Source: a virus. Taken from it: a DNA stretch of 64,000 nt. Below, one piece after another: positions 35,896 through 47,521 of this stretch. The notes beneath the pieces are model-generated. The model was not told where the DNA came from. It worked only from the letters and a program-made list of their open reading frames with translations, and searched no databases. Made by a program: the position numbers and the translations under genes. Where the stretch lies: positions 19,055 through 83,054 of the IMG/VR virus record IMGVR_UViG_3300043403_000051; one strand, 5' to 3'. Each line of letters opens with the position of its first letter. The stretch's first letter is position 1.

Positions 35896-38800
35896 TGGCT
35901 CAAAATAATCAAATCGTTTCTGTAAGTAAAGGAATGGTTGATGATTTGCATAGTGTACTTACACCAGAATCAAATCCAACTTATGTCTTAAACGGGAATG
36001 TATCTAATTTTAATGGTAATGAATTTTTTATTCAAAACGAACCTTCTAACATTTTAAAAACAAAAATGGAAGAAGGCTTTAAAGTTATTGGCTTTATTGA
36101 AATTCATGAACAAAAAAGAGTAGTTTATTTTCTTGTTAATCCTTTAACAAATGATTCTGAGATAGGTGAAATTAGAGAATGTTTATATAATGACATAACT
36201 GATAAAGAATACATTAGTGGTTGTGAAGATTGCACGGATGTTTATAACTATGAGGCCACACCTTTAGAGGAAAAAGAACAAGTTCCTTTTTGTTCATACA
36301 GAACAATTATTTCAGAAAAATGTTTAAATTTTAATATTAATAACCCTATTGATATTGAATATGAATTAAAAGCGTGTACTGTAAATTTATATTTTACTGA
36401 TAATTTAAGTCAAAGAAGACATATTAGATTTACATATGAAAATAATATTCCTTCAAATGATTTAGAATTAGATATCTATTACAAAAATGTAATCGGTTTT
36501 GTTGATGACGCATGTCGAGAACCTATATACGGTGACTCATTAGATTGTAATAAATTAAATTATCATCCAGATTTTAAAAAACCGTGTATTGATTTAGTAG
36601 GTATAACTACAGGTGGTGCATTAAAAGCAGGAACCTATCAATTTCTTATTTCTTATTGCGATGAAAAGGGTAATGAATTAACTCAATACTTTCCTGCTTC
36701 TCAAAATATACCCATTAAAACAAAAAATGTAACAGTTGCCACAAACTATGTTACAGATTCTTCTATTAATATATTAATAAACAATATTGAAAATGTTGTT
36801 TATGAATATTTCAATATGGTGGTTGCTGAAACAGTTGATGGTATTACTTCTTTTAAACTTATAGGTACTTACTCAACACAATTAGCTGATACAAATAATA
36901 CAATTACTTTTACATATAATGGTATAAACTTCATAAGAGATTATTCTATTACTGATGTAATATACAAAAGACCTTATTACGATACTGCTGCGTCAATTAC
37001 AAAAAGTAATGATTATTTATTCTTTTCAAATTTAAAAGAATTTCCCCAACCAAATCTTCAAAGAGTTGCTAATAACATTAAACTATATTGGCAAACTATA
37101 GCTATTCCTGAATCAGTTTATAATAATCCTAATAACGTATATAAGTATAGAACTTATCAAAGAGATGAGGTTTATGGATTTGGAATAGTATTTGAAACAA
37201 CTCATGGTGAGGATACTTGCGCATTCCATATTCCTAACAGGGAACCTGTGGATAGTGACTTACAATATGTAACAGGTGATGATGTATTTAAAGAGAATGG
37301 TTGTGAAACAGAAACAATTCACGGCATCCCTGTAAATTCAAAACCACGTTGGGAAATTTATAATACTGCATCAGTTCTTGGTCAACCACATAACATATTT
37401 GAAGATTGTAAAGATAATTCTTGTTGGGAGTGGGGTGACTTTGCATATTGGCATTCTTCTGAAAAATATCCAAATGAACCAGAAGTTTGGGGAGACCTTT
37501 GTGGAAAAAATATAAAGTTACATAAATTTCCTGATTCTTGTGTATCTCACATTCATGATGGATTTAATGGTACAAAAGATTATTCTGATGGAAATATTGT
37601 TTATCCTATTGGGGTTAAAGTAGACCATTTAAGTATCACAAACGCTTTAGATTTAGCTGTTCAACAAACTGTTATAACTCAATCACAAAGAGATTCTATA
37701 AAAGGTTATCGTATAGTTAGACTAAATAGATATGGACAAAAGTCTGTTATTGCTAAAGGTCTCTTATATGATATGTGGAAGTATGACAGAAGTGGTAGTG
37801 GTTATTACTATGCTAACTATCCGTTTAATGATTTACGTCCTGATAAGTTTATTTCTACAACAGATAAAACTTATGGTGATAGTACAACATCTGACCCAAG
37901 ACCTATAAGTTTTGTGAAATCAGGTAGATATACATTCCACTCACCCGATACACATTTTAATAGTCCTTCTTTAGGTTCTTATTTAAAACTTGAAACTGAA
38001 GAGTATGGTAAATCTGAAGGTTTCTTTAACTATGCAGAAGAGCAAGCTAAGTACAAAAGACCTTCTACAACAGCAGTAACTATTGCTTTAGGCATTGCAT
38101 TGGCATCGGCTCTCTCACAAGAAAAACATAAAGAATGTAAAACAGTTGTTATTAAATCAGAAACAACCGTTGGTCTTACTGCTGGTACAACAGCAGGAAC
38201 TATCGTTGACCCAATTAATCCATCTTTATACGAAAAAAATACAGGACTACCTATAAGATTTCAACCATTGGTTGGGGAGGTTCATAAAAATACATGTACA
38301 GGTACTCCATACCATATGTCAAGTTTAGCTTCTGCTATACCAGGAACTCCAAACTTTGACCCTTTAATGGCTGCTTTTAAAATAGTATCTGGTGTATTTA
38401 ATCAGATTACTTATTTATTATCTATAGTTCTTAGAGAGCTTGATAGATGGATGAAGTTTTTTGAATCATTAATTCCATATAAAAATTATGCTGCCCAATA
38501 TCAAGCAGTAGGTAAATACAATAATTATAAGTGTGTATCAAATAATCAAGGTATTAAAATTAGAAGACTTGATAGAAGTGCATATCTTGAACCAATAATT
38601 CAGAATGTTGATGAAACAATTCAATCATCTGGTTTATTTTCAACAGTTAATATTAATAATTGGAATAGAGAATCTTCTGTATATTTAAAAACAGACTCTA
38701 AAAAATCATTATTACCAAATACATCAGTGGTAGATAATAGTAGAATTTTAATGAGTGATGTTGGTATAAAAGAAACCGACTCTGATAAATTTACAAAAAA

Positions 38801-40832
38801 ACTTTATAGAGATATATCATCATTTTATGGTTCAATAAAAAGAAATATACCAAATCAATATGGTTCCGTTAATGGATTTGAATATCTTGAAACTGATGGT
38901 TGTGTAACATTATTATCTTCTAATCCATCAGAGTGTACAACTTATTTTGGTGGGGATACTTTTATAAATAGATTTGCATTAAAAAGAAAAATGCCTTTCT
39001 TCTTAGAAACAAGGTTTAGATTTTCAAATGATGCTGATGTTATTTATTCAGAACTTGGTAATGTAGGATATCCTAACTTCTACATGAATACAGAAGAACC
39101 ACTATTCCAAAGACTCGAAGATTTAAATGGGGGTCTTGGTTCAATTTATCAAAAGTTGATTGGTGTTGATAGAGGTCGTCTTGATGGAAGAACATCAAAA
39201 CTGTTTTATCAAAATGGATTTATTCATTTATACAATTATGGAATCCCTTATTTCTTGGTTGAGTCTGATTATAATGTTGATTATCGTCATGCAGAAAACT
39301 TAAAAGAAAAAAGTTATTATCCCTTATCATCTGATATAAAAGAATGGTTACAAGAAAAGAATGTTCCTATTAGTTTTGATAATACATATATTTATAATAA
39401 TACATATTCAAGACAAAATAAAGAAAGCTTTATTTGTACACCCTCATATAATATAAATAGTTTTAAAGATTGTGTTGCAAAATTACCAAATCGTCTTATA
39501 TATTCGGAACCAAATAAATTCTTAGTATTTAAAGCTAACAGTTTTAAAAACTTTGATTTAACAAATGGAACACTTATAAGTGCCGACGGCATAGAATCTG
39601 ATAAAGTACTTGTACGTTTTGAAAATACATCAAAAATATTTAATGCTTACAATACTATTCAAACAAGTTCTGAAACTTTACAAGTAGGTACTGGCGGTAT
39701 GTTCCAATCAAGACCACAAGATTTTTCTACAACTGACCTTGGATATGCAGGAACTCAACATAGAGATATTTTAAAAACAGAGTACGGCCATATTTGGGTT
39801 GATGCAGAAAGAGGTCAAGTATTTAATTTACAAACAGGTGGTGAAGGATTAGATGAACTTACTAAAGAAGGTATGCGTCATTGGTTTAAAAATAATTTGC
39901 CATTTGAAATTAAAAAACACTTTCCTCAAATAGCAAGCGAGGATTTGGATAATAACTTTAAAGGCATAGGTCTTCACCTCGGTTTTGATAAACGGTATGC
40001 AAGATTCTTTATTACTAAACTTGATTATAAACCAATTATAACAGGTATAGTCTATGACACACAAGTAAAAGAATTTTACTATAACAAAGAAAGAATATTT
40101 GTACATGACACAAAATATTTTTGTAATAAATCTTGGACAGTATCGTATAGTTTTTTCCTAAAAGGTTGGTTGAGTTACTATAGTTTTAAACCTAACTTCT
40201 ATGTTGAAAATATAGATAATTTTGAAACAGGTATCCAACAAGACACTTGCTCAATCTGGTCACACGATTTAACTAATAAATCATATCAGGTATTCTACGG
40301 AAAGCTTGAACCATTTACTGTTGAGTATGTAACTAAGTTTAACGCAGCAAATAACTTTGTAAATTCAATTGAATATTTAGTTGATGTAATTCGTTACCAT
40401 AATGATAATGATTATTTTTATAATACTAACATAACATTTAATAAGGGTATAGTATATAACGAGAATCAATCATCTGGTTTATTGGAATTTGTAAAAGAAA
40501 ATCCTGACGACCTTTCACAATTTGTTGAATACCCAATAGCTAAAAAAGATTCTACAGAGATACTAACAAGTAATTCTGAGAATATGTGGAGATTTAATGA
40601 TTTCTATAATATTTGTAAATCTGAAATTAATAATGTTCCTTTATTTTTAAATACTTGCGCAAACGACAATAAATTTATAAATGAAAAATCTGTTAACTAC
40701 TACACATCTGACTTTAATAAAAGTAGAATTCGTTCACGCCAAACAAGAGTACGTTTAACAAATGATAAACATTCTAACTATAAATTCATTTTCCTTCTTA
40801 GTTTACTCAATCAAAATATTAGTTTTAGATAA
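35895..40832 (+). CDS. Tail stabilization/muzzle protein (P22 gp10-like)
   Basis: 1645 aa; GGALKAGTYQF, YQRDEVYGFGI, AFHIP, FHSPD, GGDTFI and WTVSYS motifs typical of crAss-like muzzle proteins. Confidence 0.8.
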   Translation: MAQNNQIVSVSKGMVDDLHSVLTPESNPTYVLNGNVSNFNGNEFFIQNEPSNILKTKMEEGFKVIGFIEIHEQKRVVYFLVNPLTNDSEIGEIRECLYNDITDKEYISGCEDCTDVYNYEATPLEEKEQVPFCSYRTIISEKCLNFNINNPIDIEYELKACTVNLYFTDNLSQRRHIRFTYENNIPSNDLELDIYYKNVIGFVDDACREPIYGDSLDCNKLNYHPDFKKPCIDLVGITTGGALKAGTYQFLISYCDEKGNELTQYFPASQNIPIKTKNVTVATNYVTDSSINILINNIENVVYEYFNMVVAETVDGITSFKLIGTYSTQLADTNNTITFTYNGINFIRDYSITDVIYKRPYYDTAASITKSNDYLFFSNLKEFPQPNLQRVANNIKLYWQTIAIPESVYNNPNNVYKYRTYQRDEVYGFGIVFETTHGEDTCAFHIPNREPVDSDLQYVTGDDVFKENGCETETIHGIPVNSKPRWEIYNTASVLGQPHNIFEDCKDNSCWEWGDFAYWHSSEKYPNEPEVWGDLCGKNIKLHKFPDSCVSHIHDGFNGTKDYSDGNIVYPIGVKVDHLSITNALDLAVQQTVITQSQRDSIKGYRIVRLNRYGQKSVIAKGLLYDMWKYDRSGSGYYYANYPFNDLRPDKFISTTDKTYGDSTTSDPRPISFVKSGRYTFHSPDTHFNSPSLGSYLKLETEEYGKSEGFFNYAEEQAKYKRPSTTAVTIALGIALASALSQEKHKECKTVVIKSETTVGLTAGTTAGTIVDPINPSLYEKNTGLPIRFQPLVGEVHKNTCTGTPYHMSSLASAIPGTPNFDPLMAAFKIVSGVFNQITYLLSIVLRELDRWMKFFESLIPYKNYAAQYQAVGKYNNYKCVSNNQGIKIRRLDRSAYLEPIIQNVDETIQSSGLFSTVNINNWNRESSVYLKTDSKKSLLPNTSVVDNSRILMSDVGIKETDSDKFTKKLYRDISSFYGSIKRNIPNQYGSVNGFEYLETDGCVTLLSSNPSECTTYFGGDTFINRFALKRKMPFFLETRFRFSNDADVIYSELGNVGYPNFYMNTEEPLFQRLEDLNGGLGSIYQKLIGVDRGRLDGRTSKLFYQNGFIHLYNYGIPYFLVESDYNVDYRHAENLKEKSYYPLSSDIKEWLQEKNVPISFDNTYIYNNTYSRQNKESFICTPSYNINSFKDCVAKLPNRLIYSEPNKFLVFKANSFKNFDLTNGTLISADGIESDKVLVRFENTSKIFNAYNTIQTSSETLQVGTGGMFQSRPQDFSTTDLGYAGTQHRDILKTEYGHIWVDAERGQVFNLQTGGEGLDELTKEGMRHWFKNNLPFEIKKHFPQIASEDLDNNFKGIGLHLGFDKRYARFFITKLDYKPIITGIVYDTQVKEFYYNKERIFVHDTKYFCNKSWTVSYSFFLKGWLSYYSFKPNFYVENIDNFETGIQQDTCSIWSHDLTNKSYQVFYGKLEPFTVEYVTKFNAANNFVNSIEYLVDVIRYHNDNDYFYNTNITFNKGIVYNENQSSGLLEFVKENPDDLSQFVEYPIAKKDSTEILTSNSENMWRFNDFYNICKSEINNVPLFLNTCANDNKFINEKSVNYYTSDFNKSRIRSRQTRVRLTNDKHSNYKFIFLLSLLNQNISFR

Positions 40833-41638
40833 TGGCAAAGTATAAAATATATCCAGAAGGTGGTTATGTTCAAAATGATGAGTGGCAGAATTACGACCAC
40901 ACATCTCCTTATATGGATATTTTAAATTCATTACAAGAACAAAACTCAATTGACCCTTATGAACAACAGGCTTATTATAACCAGCAAGTTCCTTCACAAG
41001 AACAGGCTGATGAATATAATTATAATGATACTCGGTATGAAGAGTTACAAGACCAAATAAAAGATTTAGAGAGTAGATTAAGTGAATCTTATCAAAGTTC
41101 TGATACTCAAAATTCTGATGAATTAATGGATTATATTCTTGGTGGTTCAGAACCTGGACAACCTATTGATTGGTCAAATATTCAATCAATGATTCCTACA
41201 TCACAAGTACAAAGTAGTGAACCTATATCAAATCCTGCTAAGCATGCTTACCAGTTTTTTATAAATAAAGGATACACTCCTGCACAAGCAGCAGGTATTG
41301 TAGGGAATATAAAACATGAATCATCATTTAATACTTCTATAAAAGGTGATAATGGTCAAGCACAAGGTCTTGTTCAATGGCATCCTGATAGACGTAATAG
41401 AGTTTTCTCTTACTTAGAGAGTAGGGGTTTAAATCCAAATGATTTCAATTCACAACTCGAAGGTATAGATTATGAATTAAATACATCTGAACAAAGTGCA
41501 TTATCAAAATTAAAGACAGCACGAACTCCCGCAGAAGCTGCACGACTATTTGATAAACATTATGAAAGAAGTGCAGGTAAAACAACAGGGTCAAGAGAGG
41601 CATACGCAGAAAAGTTATATAATGAATTAAATGGTTAA
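40832..41638 (+). CDS. Virion protein with C-terminal phage tail lysozyme domain
   Basis: GYTPAQAAGIVGNIKHESSFN...GLVQW...R...AARLF...YER. Confidence 0.85.
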   Translation: MAKYKIYPEGGYVQNDEWQNYDHTSPYMDILNSLQEQNSIDPYEQQAYYNQQVPSQEQADEYNYNDTRYEELQDQIKDLESRLSESYQSSDTQNSDELMDYILGGSEPGQPIDWSNIQSMIPTSQVQSSEPISNPAKHAYQFFINKGYTPAQAAGIVGNIKHESSFNTSIKGDNGQAQGLVQWHPDRRNRVFSYLESRGLNPNDFNSQLEGIDYELNTSEQSALSKLKTARTPAEAARLFDKHYERSAGKTTGSREAYAEKLYNELNG

Positions 41639-43562
41639 AATGAAACGTAGAATAAAAAAATATCAAACCGCAGGTGATAATAATCCTCCATCAAGTGACT
41701 TAGAAAAACTTGTTCGTAGTATAATGGAAGAGTATAAGATTGACCCCAAGAATAAAATTCCTGGTGTTTCACAAACTGAAGCTCCTGATGGTGCATTGTT
41801 AAAATACAACTTTGACAATTCTCTTAACAGGCAATCAAGAAGACAAGGTGGGCCAGAATTTGATAACTTACTTTACTACGGTAACGATAAAAACACAGGC
41901 TCTGATATTTTTAGTTACGACGTAACAACAACAACAAAAGGAGATTATGGTAGTGGAAATATAGGACAAGCTGTTGACGCTATTAGTCCGTTAATTGATG
42001 CAACAACCTTTACTGCAAACAGTATTACTGATATGAAAAATAGAAAACAAAACATGAATAAAAGGTACGAACTTGCACGTACTAATTCACAATACTCACA
42101 AAATGAAAGTGGGTTAAACAACATACCTGCTTATTTTAAAAAAGGTGGTAAAAATAAAAAAGAACCACAGGCTGATGAAACAAACTTCTATGATTGGAAA
42201 AGACCTGGAAATGTAAATAAGGGAACTTGGCAATACGAAGTTGGTAAAATGCCTAATGCAACAGAGGGAAGTTTTGGACAGCAATTAAACATGTTGCAAG
42301 ATATGTATGGAATTAGTGAAAACGATGCGGGTTTTAGAGGTCTTGTTAATGCACAAACATTTGCAGGAACAGATTACGCTAAAGACCCTTACGCACCAGT
42401 TATGACTGCTGACGCACAAGGTAATCAGAAATATAGACCTGTTACAAGAACTATTGATTTCCATAACGCCGACGAAGACATTCAAGAGTATATCAGGCAA
42501 TCAACAGCAGCAAGACTTGGCACTAACAGTAACACAACAGGATTTAGTAAAGTAGGGGAATACAGCAATGGTCAACCTATTGACATGTCACAGTTTGATT
42601 TAAGCAATCAATACTACCTAAGAGATTACGCAGAAAATCCTGATTATAATATGCCTGACCTTTCAGCAGGTATGCCTCTTGATGGTATTACCGATAGATA
42701 TCAACCTATTGATATTCCTTTACACCGTCCTAAAGTACCTATTAAACAAAGAGTACCTGTTCCTCGTAAGCCCACAACACCTGAAAAAACAGCTTCTCCA
42801 ATGAATGTGGATAACGGTTTAATGCCGCCTAACTTACCAACACGAGACAATACGCTAAATAGAGGAAGTGACCTTTACGCTCCAGATGGTTCACTGATTC
42901 CAAAAGAACTTTTAGCAATGGGTAAATATAAAAATGACCCTTCTACATATAATACGGAAATTATGAAACCTGTTTACGATGAAAAAACAGGTGAGGTTAT
43001 TGATATGAAGCCAACTAAAGTATGGAATGGTCAATACAAACAAGATAGATTGAACTGGGGAGATGATTCTGCTCCTTGGCGTGATAAGGACTCAGAAGGA
43101 ATGGCTGTTGATATTGCTTTACTTATTGCAACAGGTGGTATTATGAGTGGCTTAGCTCGTTTGAGTGCAGCAGGTATTCGTGGTGCCGAAGCTGCAAATC
43201 TAATGCAAAAAGCAAAATCTATAAAACTATCAAAAAAGGTAATTGATAACTATTCTAAAATGTCAAAAGGAAGTAAAGTTTGGAAAAGTGGAATCAATGA
43301 ATTAAAAAAATTACCAAGTGAAATAAAAAATATAGCCCCAAAAGTTCCAATAAAACAAATAGGAAATGGTAGAATAATACCAACACCTACACCTATTGGT
43401 AATCTACCTATAGCTAATCCTCAAAAAGGACAATGGATACTTGATAGATTAGGTGTATCAGGTTATCAACAAGGTGGTCATAATATTGGAGATACTATTG
43501 ATGTTTCACCAGATGATATTGCTTATTTAATAGAACAAGGGTACGATTTTGAAATAGACTAA
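41631..43562 (+). CDS. Putative internal cargo/ejection protein
   Basis: Low-complexity, Pro/Gly-rich, with YQxGG-like motifs; position after the muzzle gene. Confidence 0.5.
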   Translation: MVKMKRRIKKYQTAGDNNPPSSDLEKLVRSIMEEYKIDPKNKIPGVSQTEAPDGALLKYNFDNSLNRQSRRQGGPEFDNLLYYGNDKNTGSDIFSYDVTTTTKGDYGSGNIGQAVDAISPLIDATTFTANSITDMKNRKQNMNKRYELARTNSQYSQNESGLNNIPAYFKKGGKNKKEPQADETNFYDWKRPGNVNKGTWQYEVGKMPNATEGSFGQQLNMLQDMYGISENDAGFRGLVNAQTFAGTDYAKDPYAPVMTADAQGNQKYRPVTRTIDFHNADEDIQEYIRQSTAARLGTNSNTTGFSKVGEYSNGQPIDMSQFDLSNQYYLRDYAENPDYNMPDLSAGMPLDGITDRYQPIDIPLHRPKVPIKQRVPVPRKPTTPEKTASPMNVDNGLMPPNLPTRDNTLNRGSDLYAPDGSLIPKELLAMGKYKNDPSTYNTEIMKPVYDEKTGEVIDMKPTKVWNGQYKQDRLNWGDDSAPWRDKDSEGMAVDIALLIATGGIMSGLARLSAAGIRGAEAANLMQKAKSIKLSKKVIDNYSKMSKGSKVWKSGINELKKLPSEIKNIAPKVPIKQIGNGRIIPTPTPIGNLPIANPQKGQWILDRLGVSGYQQGGHNIGDTIDVSPDDIAYLIEQGYDFEID

Positions 43563-43572
43563 TTTAATTAAA

Positions 43573-44931
43573 ATGAGGATAAGAATTACTGCAATACCAA
43601 AAGCTCAAATGGGATTAGATAATCAAGGAGTTCCACCTGCTGAATTAGAGGCAGGTGAAATCTATTCATCTACGGAAGGAACTATTAACAAAATTTCTGA
43701 TAAGGGGAATACCCATGAAGATGGTGGAGAGATTGTGCTTGATGCAGATAGAATTTTAGAGGATACTTCTGATAAAAGAACGGATGTGGCATCTAAAAAT
43801 TTAAAAGTATTACCAGAAGAACTTAAAGATTCTTTTGGAGTAACTGTTAAAAAACCAGTAACCCATTCAAAAGCATTTGAAATTGTTTCTGCATACTATG
43901 AAAAGAAAGCAAAAAAGATTGAAAATGTTTTAAAGAAAAATAAAAAATCAATAAATTGGAATGATAAATATGCAGAGAATAGCTTAAATATAAATGCAAA
44001 AAATCTACAATCTATCCCAACAGACCAAAGTATTTTTGATACATTGTTTGAAATACAAGAGGCTAAAAAAGCACCTGTTAGTCAAGAAGGTATGCCTATG
44101 GCTCAATATGGTTGGAATAACAAAGTTCTTAATAGTGCTGTTGACTATGCAAAGAAACATCCAAAAGGTGTTGGTATGCAACCATCTTATCAAGCACCCC
44201 CTCCAATATTAAATGACTATAACGCAGATTTGCAATGGTTTAATACTGCTGGCCCATTAATGGGTATTATGGATTCTGCAAGACGTGGGTCTACTCAATA
44301 TTTTGGACAGGAGTCATCCCCCTACACACCGAAGTACGCAACAGCAGAACCTTATCTGCAACGCAATCAATCTGACTATAACGCAGCTATGCAGGGTCTT
44401 GATGGAACAGGTATAGGTAACGCTAACAGAGCAAATTTATATGCTCAAAAATGGTTAGCTAATCAGCAAGCTTTTGGACAAGTTGACCAAATGAATACCT
44501 CTATTGGTAATACTGCTGCCGCAGCAGAAGCTACTCGTAGAACAAATCAATCTGTAAATAACCGTATTAATATGGGTGATTTTGATAATAGATTCCTTAG
44601 TTCTATTGAGGCACAAAGATTACAAAAGAATACATCATGGGATAATCTTTTCTCAACTATTGGCGCACATAATAAGCATCTTACAGAAGGAGATTTGATA
44701 ATGTCAATGTACCAATACTTTAACCAACAAGGTGACTATAATGGAAATCAAGTAAGGTTTAATAATGGTTTTGGTAAATCTAATAAGTCATCTTCTGACG
44801 TAGAGACAATCCCTATAAGAAGTAAATACAATGCATTAGATGCCTATGTAACAACTTTACGTGACCAAAGAGGTAATAGACGAGCAATTCGTACAGAGCA
44901 ACCCCCTAAAAAAACAGCTACTTTTAGATAA
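43573..44931 (+). CDS. Putative internal cargo protein
   Basis: AELEAGE...THEDGGE motif; Gln/Asn/Ala-rich helical C terminus. Confidence 0.55.
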   Translation: MRIRITAIPKAQMGLDNQGVPPAELEAGEIYSSTEGTINKISDKGNTHEDGGEIVLDADRILEDTSDKRTDVASKNLKVLPEELKDSFGVTVKKPVTHSKAFEIVSAYYEKKAKKIENVLKKNKKSINWNDKYAENSLNINAKNLQSIPTDQSIFDTLFEIQEAKKAPVSQEGMPMAQYGWNNKVLNSAVDYAKKHPKGVGMQPSYQAPPPILNDYNADLQWFNTAGPLMGIMDSARRGSTQYFGQESSPYTPKYATAEPYLQRNQSDYNAAMQGLDGTGIGNANRANLYAQKWLANQQAFGQVDQMNTSIGNTAAAAEATRRTNQSVNNRINMGDFDNRFLSSIEAQRLQKNTSWDNLFSTIGAHNKHLTEGDLIMSMYQYFNQQGDYNGNQVRFNNGFGKSNKSSSDVETIPIRSKYNALDAYVTTLRDQRGNRRAIRTEQPPKKTATFR

Positions 44932-44949
44932 TCATATCTCATTATCTCT

Positions 44950-44980
44950 TTTGCATTCATTTTAATTATCCGTATCTTTG
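44950..44980 (+). promoter_or_regulatory. Bacteroidota-type promoter upstream of the giant cargo genes
   Basis: TTTG, 19 nt, TATCTTTG, 21 nt before ATG 45002. Confidence 0.75.
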
Positions 44981-45001
44981 CATTAATTATTTTCAATTAT
45001 T

Positions 45002-47521
45002 ATGATTTCTAACGTATCACAAGTATATAAATCAAATCCTTATATTCCACCAGTAGATTTAAATCTATTAAACTCTGTGTTGGCAATTAAGGAAAACTCA
45101 TTCAAAACAAATGCTGCACAAATACAGCAAGATATTGATACGTTTTCTGGTCTTGACGTTATAAGGGATGTTGATAAAGAATATTTATCTAAAAAAGTTA
45201 ATAATGTTGTATCACAAATTAATGGTCTTGGGGGTGTAGATTTATCAAATGCTGCTGTATCTTCACAGCTATCTTCAATGGCATCTACAATAGGACAAGA
45301 TTCTAATATCATTAATGCATCAACTTCCACTAAACTTATAAGAGGTCTTACTACAGCTTATGATAAAATGAAGACTGACCCTAAGATGAAAGGGATATAT
45401 AGTGATGTTAATTATCAATATGATATGCAAAATGTAAATTCTTATTTACAAAGCACAGATATAAATGCTTCATATAATGGCACATCTACACCAACTCCTT
45501 ATACTGATATTGATAAGAAAATAGCGGCTGAATTAAAAAGCATGAAAGCTAACCTTGTAAAAGATATTAGTAATCCTGGAATGTATATTGAAACAACTAC
45601 AAACAAAAGACTTTCATATGATGACGTTTTTGAGGCTGCAAAACAAAGAGTTCTTACTGACCCCGCATCATTAGGACAAGCGCAAAGAAACGCTTGGTTC
45701 TTTGGTAAAGATAGAGACCCTCAACAAGTTGTCGGAGAATTATATCAGGTTGGTGACCAAAAAATACAAAGAGCAGAAGAACAACTAAAAATATTTCAAC
45801 AAAGAAAAGCATTATCTGTTAATGACCCTACTACACAAAAAGATGCAGAAGAATCAATAACAAAATTAAACTCCTTTATTAAAAACCAAAAACTTTATTT
45901 AGAGGATTTAAAAACAAATGGTATAAAGAAATATCAAGAAGCTCCTGAACAATATCACATGGATGCTTACTTAAATAATTTTGCTGATGGTATGGCTCGT
46001 TTATATTCTTTTAACGAAAGTTCAAGAGATGTTAAAGCTGATACTGCAAAACTAATGCAAGGTAGACTGATGATGGAAGGTTTAAAAAGCGGATACGCTG
46101 TAAACTTTGACCCTATAAGTGGTTTACCTGTATTTACATTTGACCCGAAATTAAAAGCACAAGCTGGTAAAGGTTCAGGTGATGGTAAAGGTGGAGCAGG
46201 GAATACAGGATATATTGATACAACAATATCTAATTATGGATATGATATATCATCTGACCCCGAAGGTACATTTAGAGTAACCCCTGAAAAACTTGCAGAA
46301 GAAACAAGCATGCTTGCTACAAAAAAACAAGATTTAATAACAACATACTTAAAAGAAATAAGTAATTACCGCCCTGAATTAAAAGATATGTTTACCAAAG
46401 ACCTAATTGACAAACTTGTTAATTATGGTAAAGGTAAAAATTCAAATGATACCTCACTGGGAGTAGAAGATTTGGAGATGATAAATGACCCTTCTGCTAA
46501 AGGATTAACTGAAGCACAAAGAACATTTGTTAAGACTGCATGGGAAGGATGGAAGACAAAAGCTCTTGGGGGAGTAGGGGGTGTTAAAAATCTACCCGAA
46601 GGTATGAATGAAGTATTCGACCAAATACAAGAGATTGATAACAGGCAAAACTTAAATACTGTTGTAATTAAAAAAGGTGTTAATGAACTTGGTTCAAAAA
46701 TTGGATTAACAAAAGAAGAACAAAAAGCATATGAAGACTTTTTAGTTACTCGTCCTGACGCATGGGAAATATCGGCAGGTAGAGCATTAGGTGAAGCTAA
46801 CTTTGATTTTTTAGCAAGTATATTTACAGGACTTTCTCCAAGAGTTTCAGCAAATTTGCAAAATGTATTTGAGAAGTTGGATAAATCTAAAAAAGAAGAT
46901 AAAGAAGAATTTTGGAACAACCTATCGAAAAGAATGATTCCTAAATCAGCATCAGTTGTTAATTTAGAAAATGACCAAGGCTTTCAAGATTATATAATTT
47001 CACAATATACAAAAGAAAAAGGTAACGAAGCATTTCCTGGAACACCAGGCCAAATCAAAAGTGGGCAATTAATAAAAAATTATGCAGGAAAACCTGGTGG
47101 AGAGTGGATGTTTGTTTTTACACTACCTGTTGGTAAAAAAGGTGAACAATCTACAAGTGCTCCAATATATGTTCCTGTTAGTAATGAAACAGCAAAAAGA
47201 TTTGGTATGCAAACATTAAGTCCTAAATATGAAAATATAGAGAGGGAAATTGATTATAATGAAGGAGTATCTTTTGATAGAGTTCTTTCAAATTCAAGAG
47301 GATTCTCTGGGACATTCAGAGTTGCACGAAGACCAGGAGTAGGTGGATATGATGTTCAGGTAAAATACCTTGACAGTTCAGGAAAACCCGCTACAAGGGT
47401 ACTCGTAAGCTCATTACAAACACCCTCTGATGCATTATCAACAGCCGAGAAGTTTGTTTATGAATTTCAAGGAACAAGAGAACAACTTTTAGAAGAGTTA
47501 AATAAGAAGTTAAATCAATAA
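45002..47521 (+). CDS. Putative cargo/ejection protein
   Basis: N-terminal YxSNPYIPPVD and long helical body; synteny. Confidence 0.55.
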   Translation: MISNVSQVYKSNPYIPPVDLNLLNSVLAIKENSFKTNAAQIQQDIDTFSGLDVIRDVDKEYLSKKVNNVVSQINGLGGVDLSNAAVSSQLSSMASTIGQDSNIINASTSTKLIRGLTTAYDKMKTDPKMKGIYSDVNYQYDMQNVNSYLQSTDINASYNGTSTPTPYTDIDKKIAAELKSMKANLVKDISNPGMYIETTTNKRLSYDDVFEAAKQRVLTDPASLGQAQRNAWFFGKDRDPQQVVGELYQVGDQKIQRAEEQLKIFQQRKALSVNDPTTQKDAEESITKLNSFIKNQKLYLEDLKTNGIKKYQEAPEQYHMDAYLNNFADGMARLYSFNESSRDVKADTAKLMQGRLMMEGLKSGYAVNFDPISGLPVFTFDPKLKAQAGKGSGDGKGGAGNTGYIDTTISNYGYDISSDPEGTFRVTPEKLAEETSMLATKKQDLITTYLKEISNYRPELKDMFTKDLIDKLVNYGKGKNSNDTSLGVEDLEMINDPSAKGLTEAQRTFVKTAWEGWKTKALGGVGGVKNLPEGMNEVFDQIQEIDNRQNLNTVVIKKGVNELGSKIGLTKEEQKAYEDFLVTRPDAWEISAGRALGEANFDFLASIFTGLSPRVSANLQNVFEKLDKSKKEDKEEFWNNLSKRMIPKSASVVNLENDQGFQDYIISQYTKEKGNEAFPGTPGQIKSGQLIKNYAGKPGGEWMFVFTLPVGKKGEQSTSAPIYVPVSNETAKRFGMQTLSPKYENIEREIDYNEGVSFDRVLSNSRGFSGTFRVARRPGVGGYDVQVKYLDSSGKPATRVLVSSLQTPSDALSTAEKFVYEFQGTREQLLEELNKKLNQ

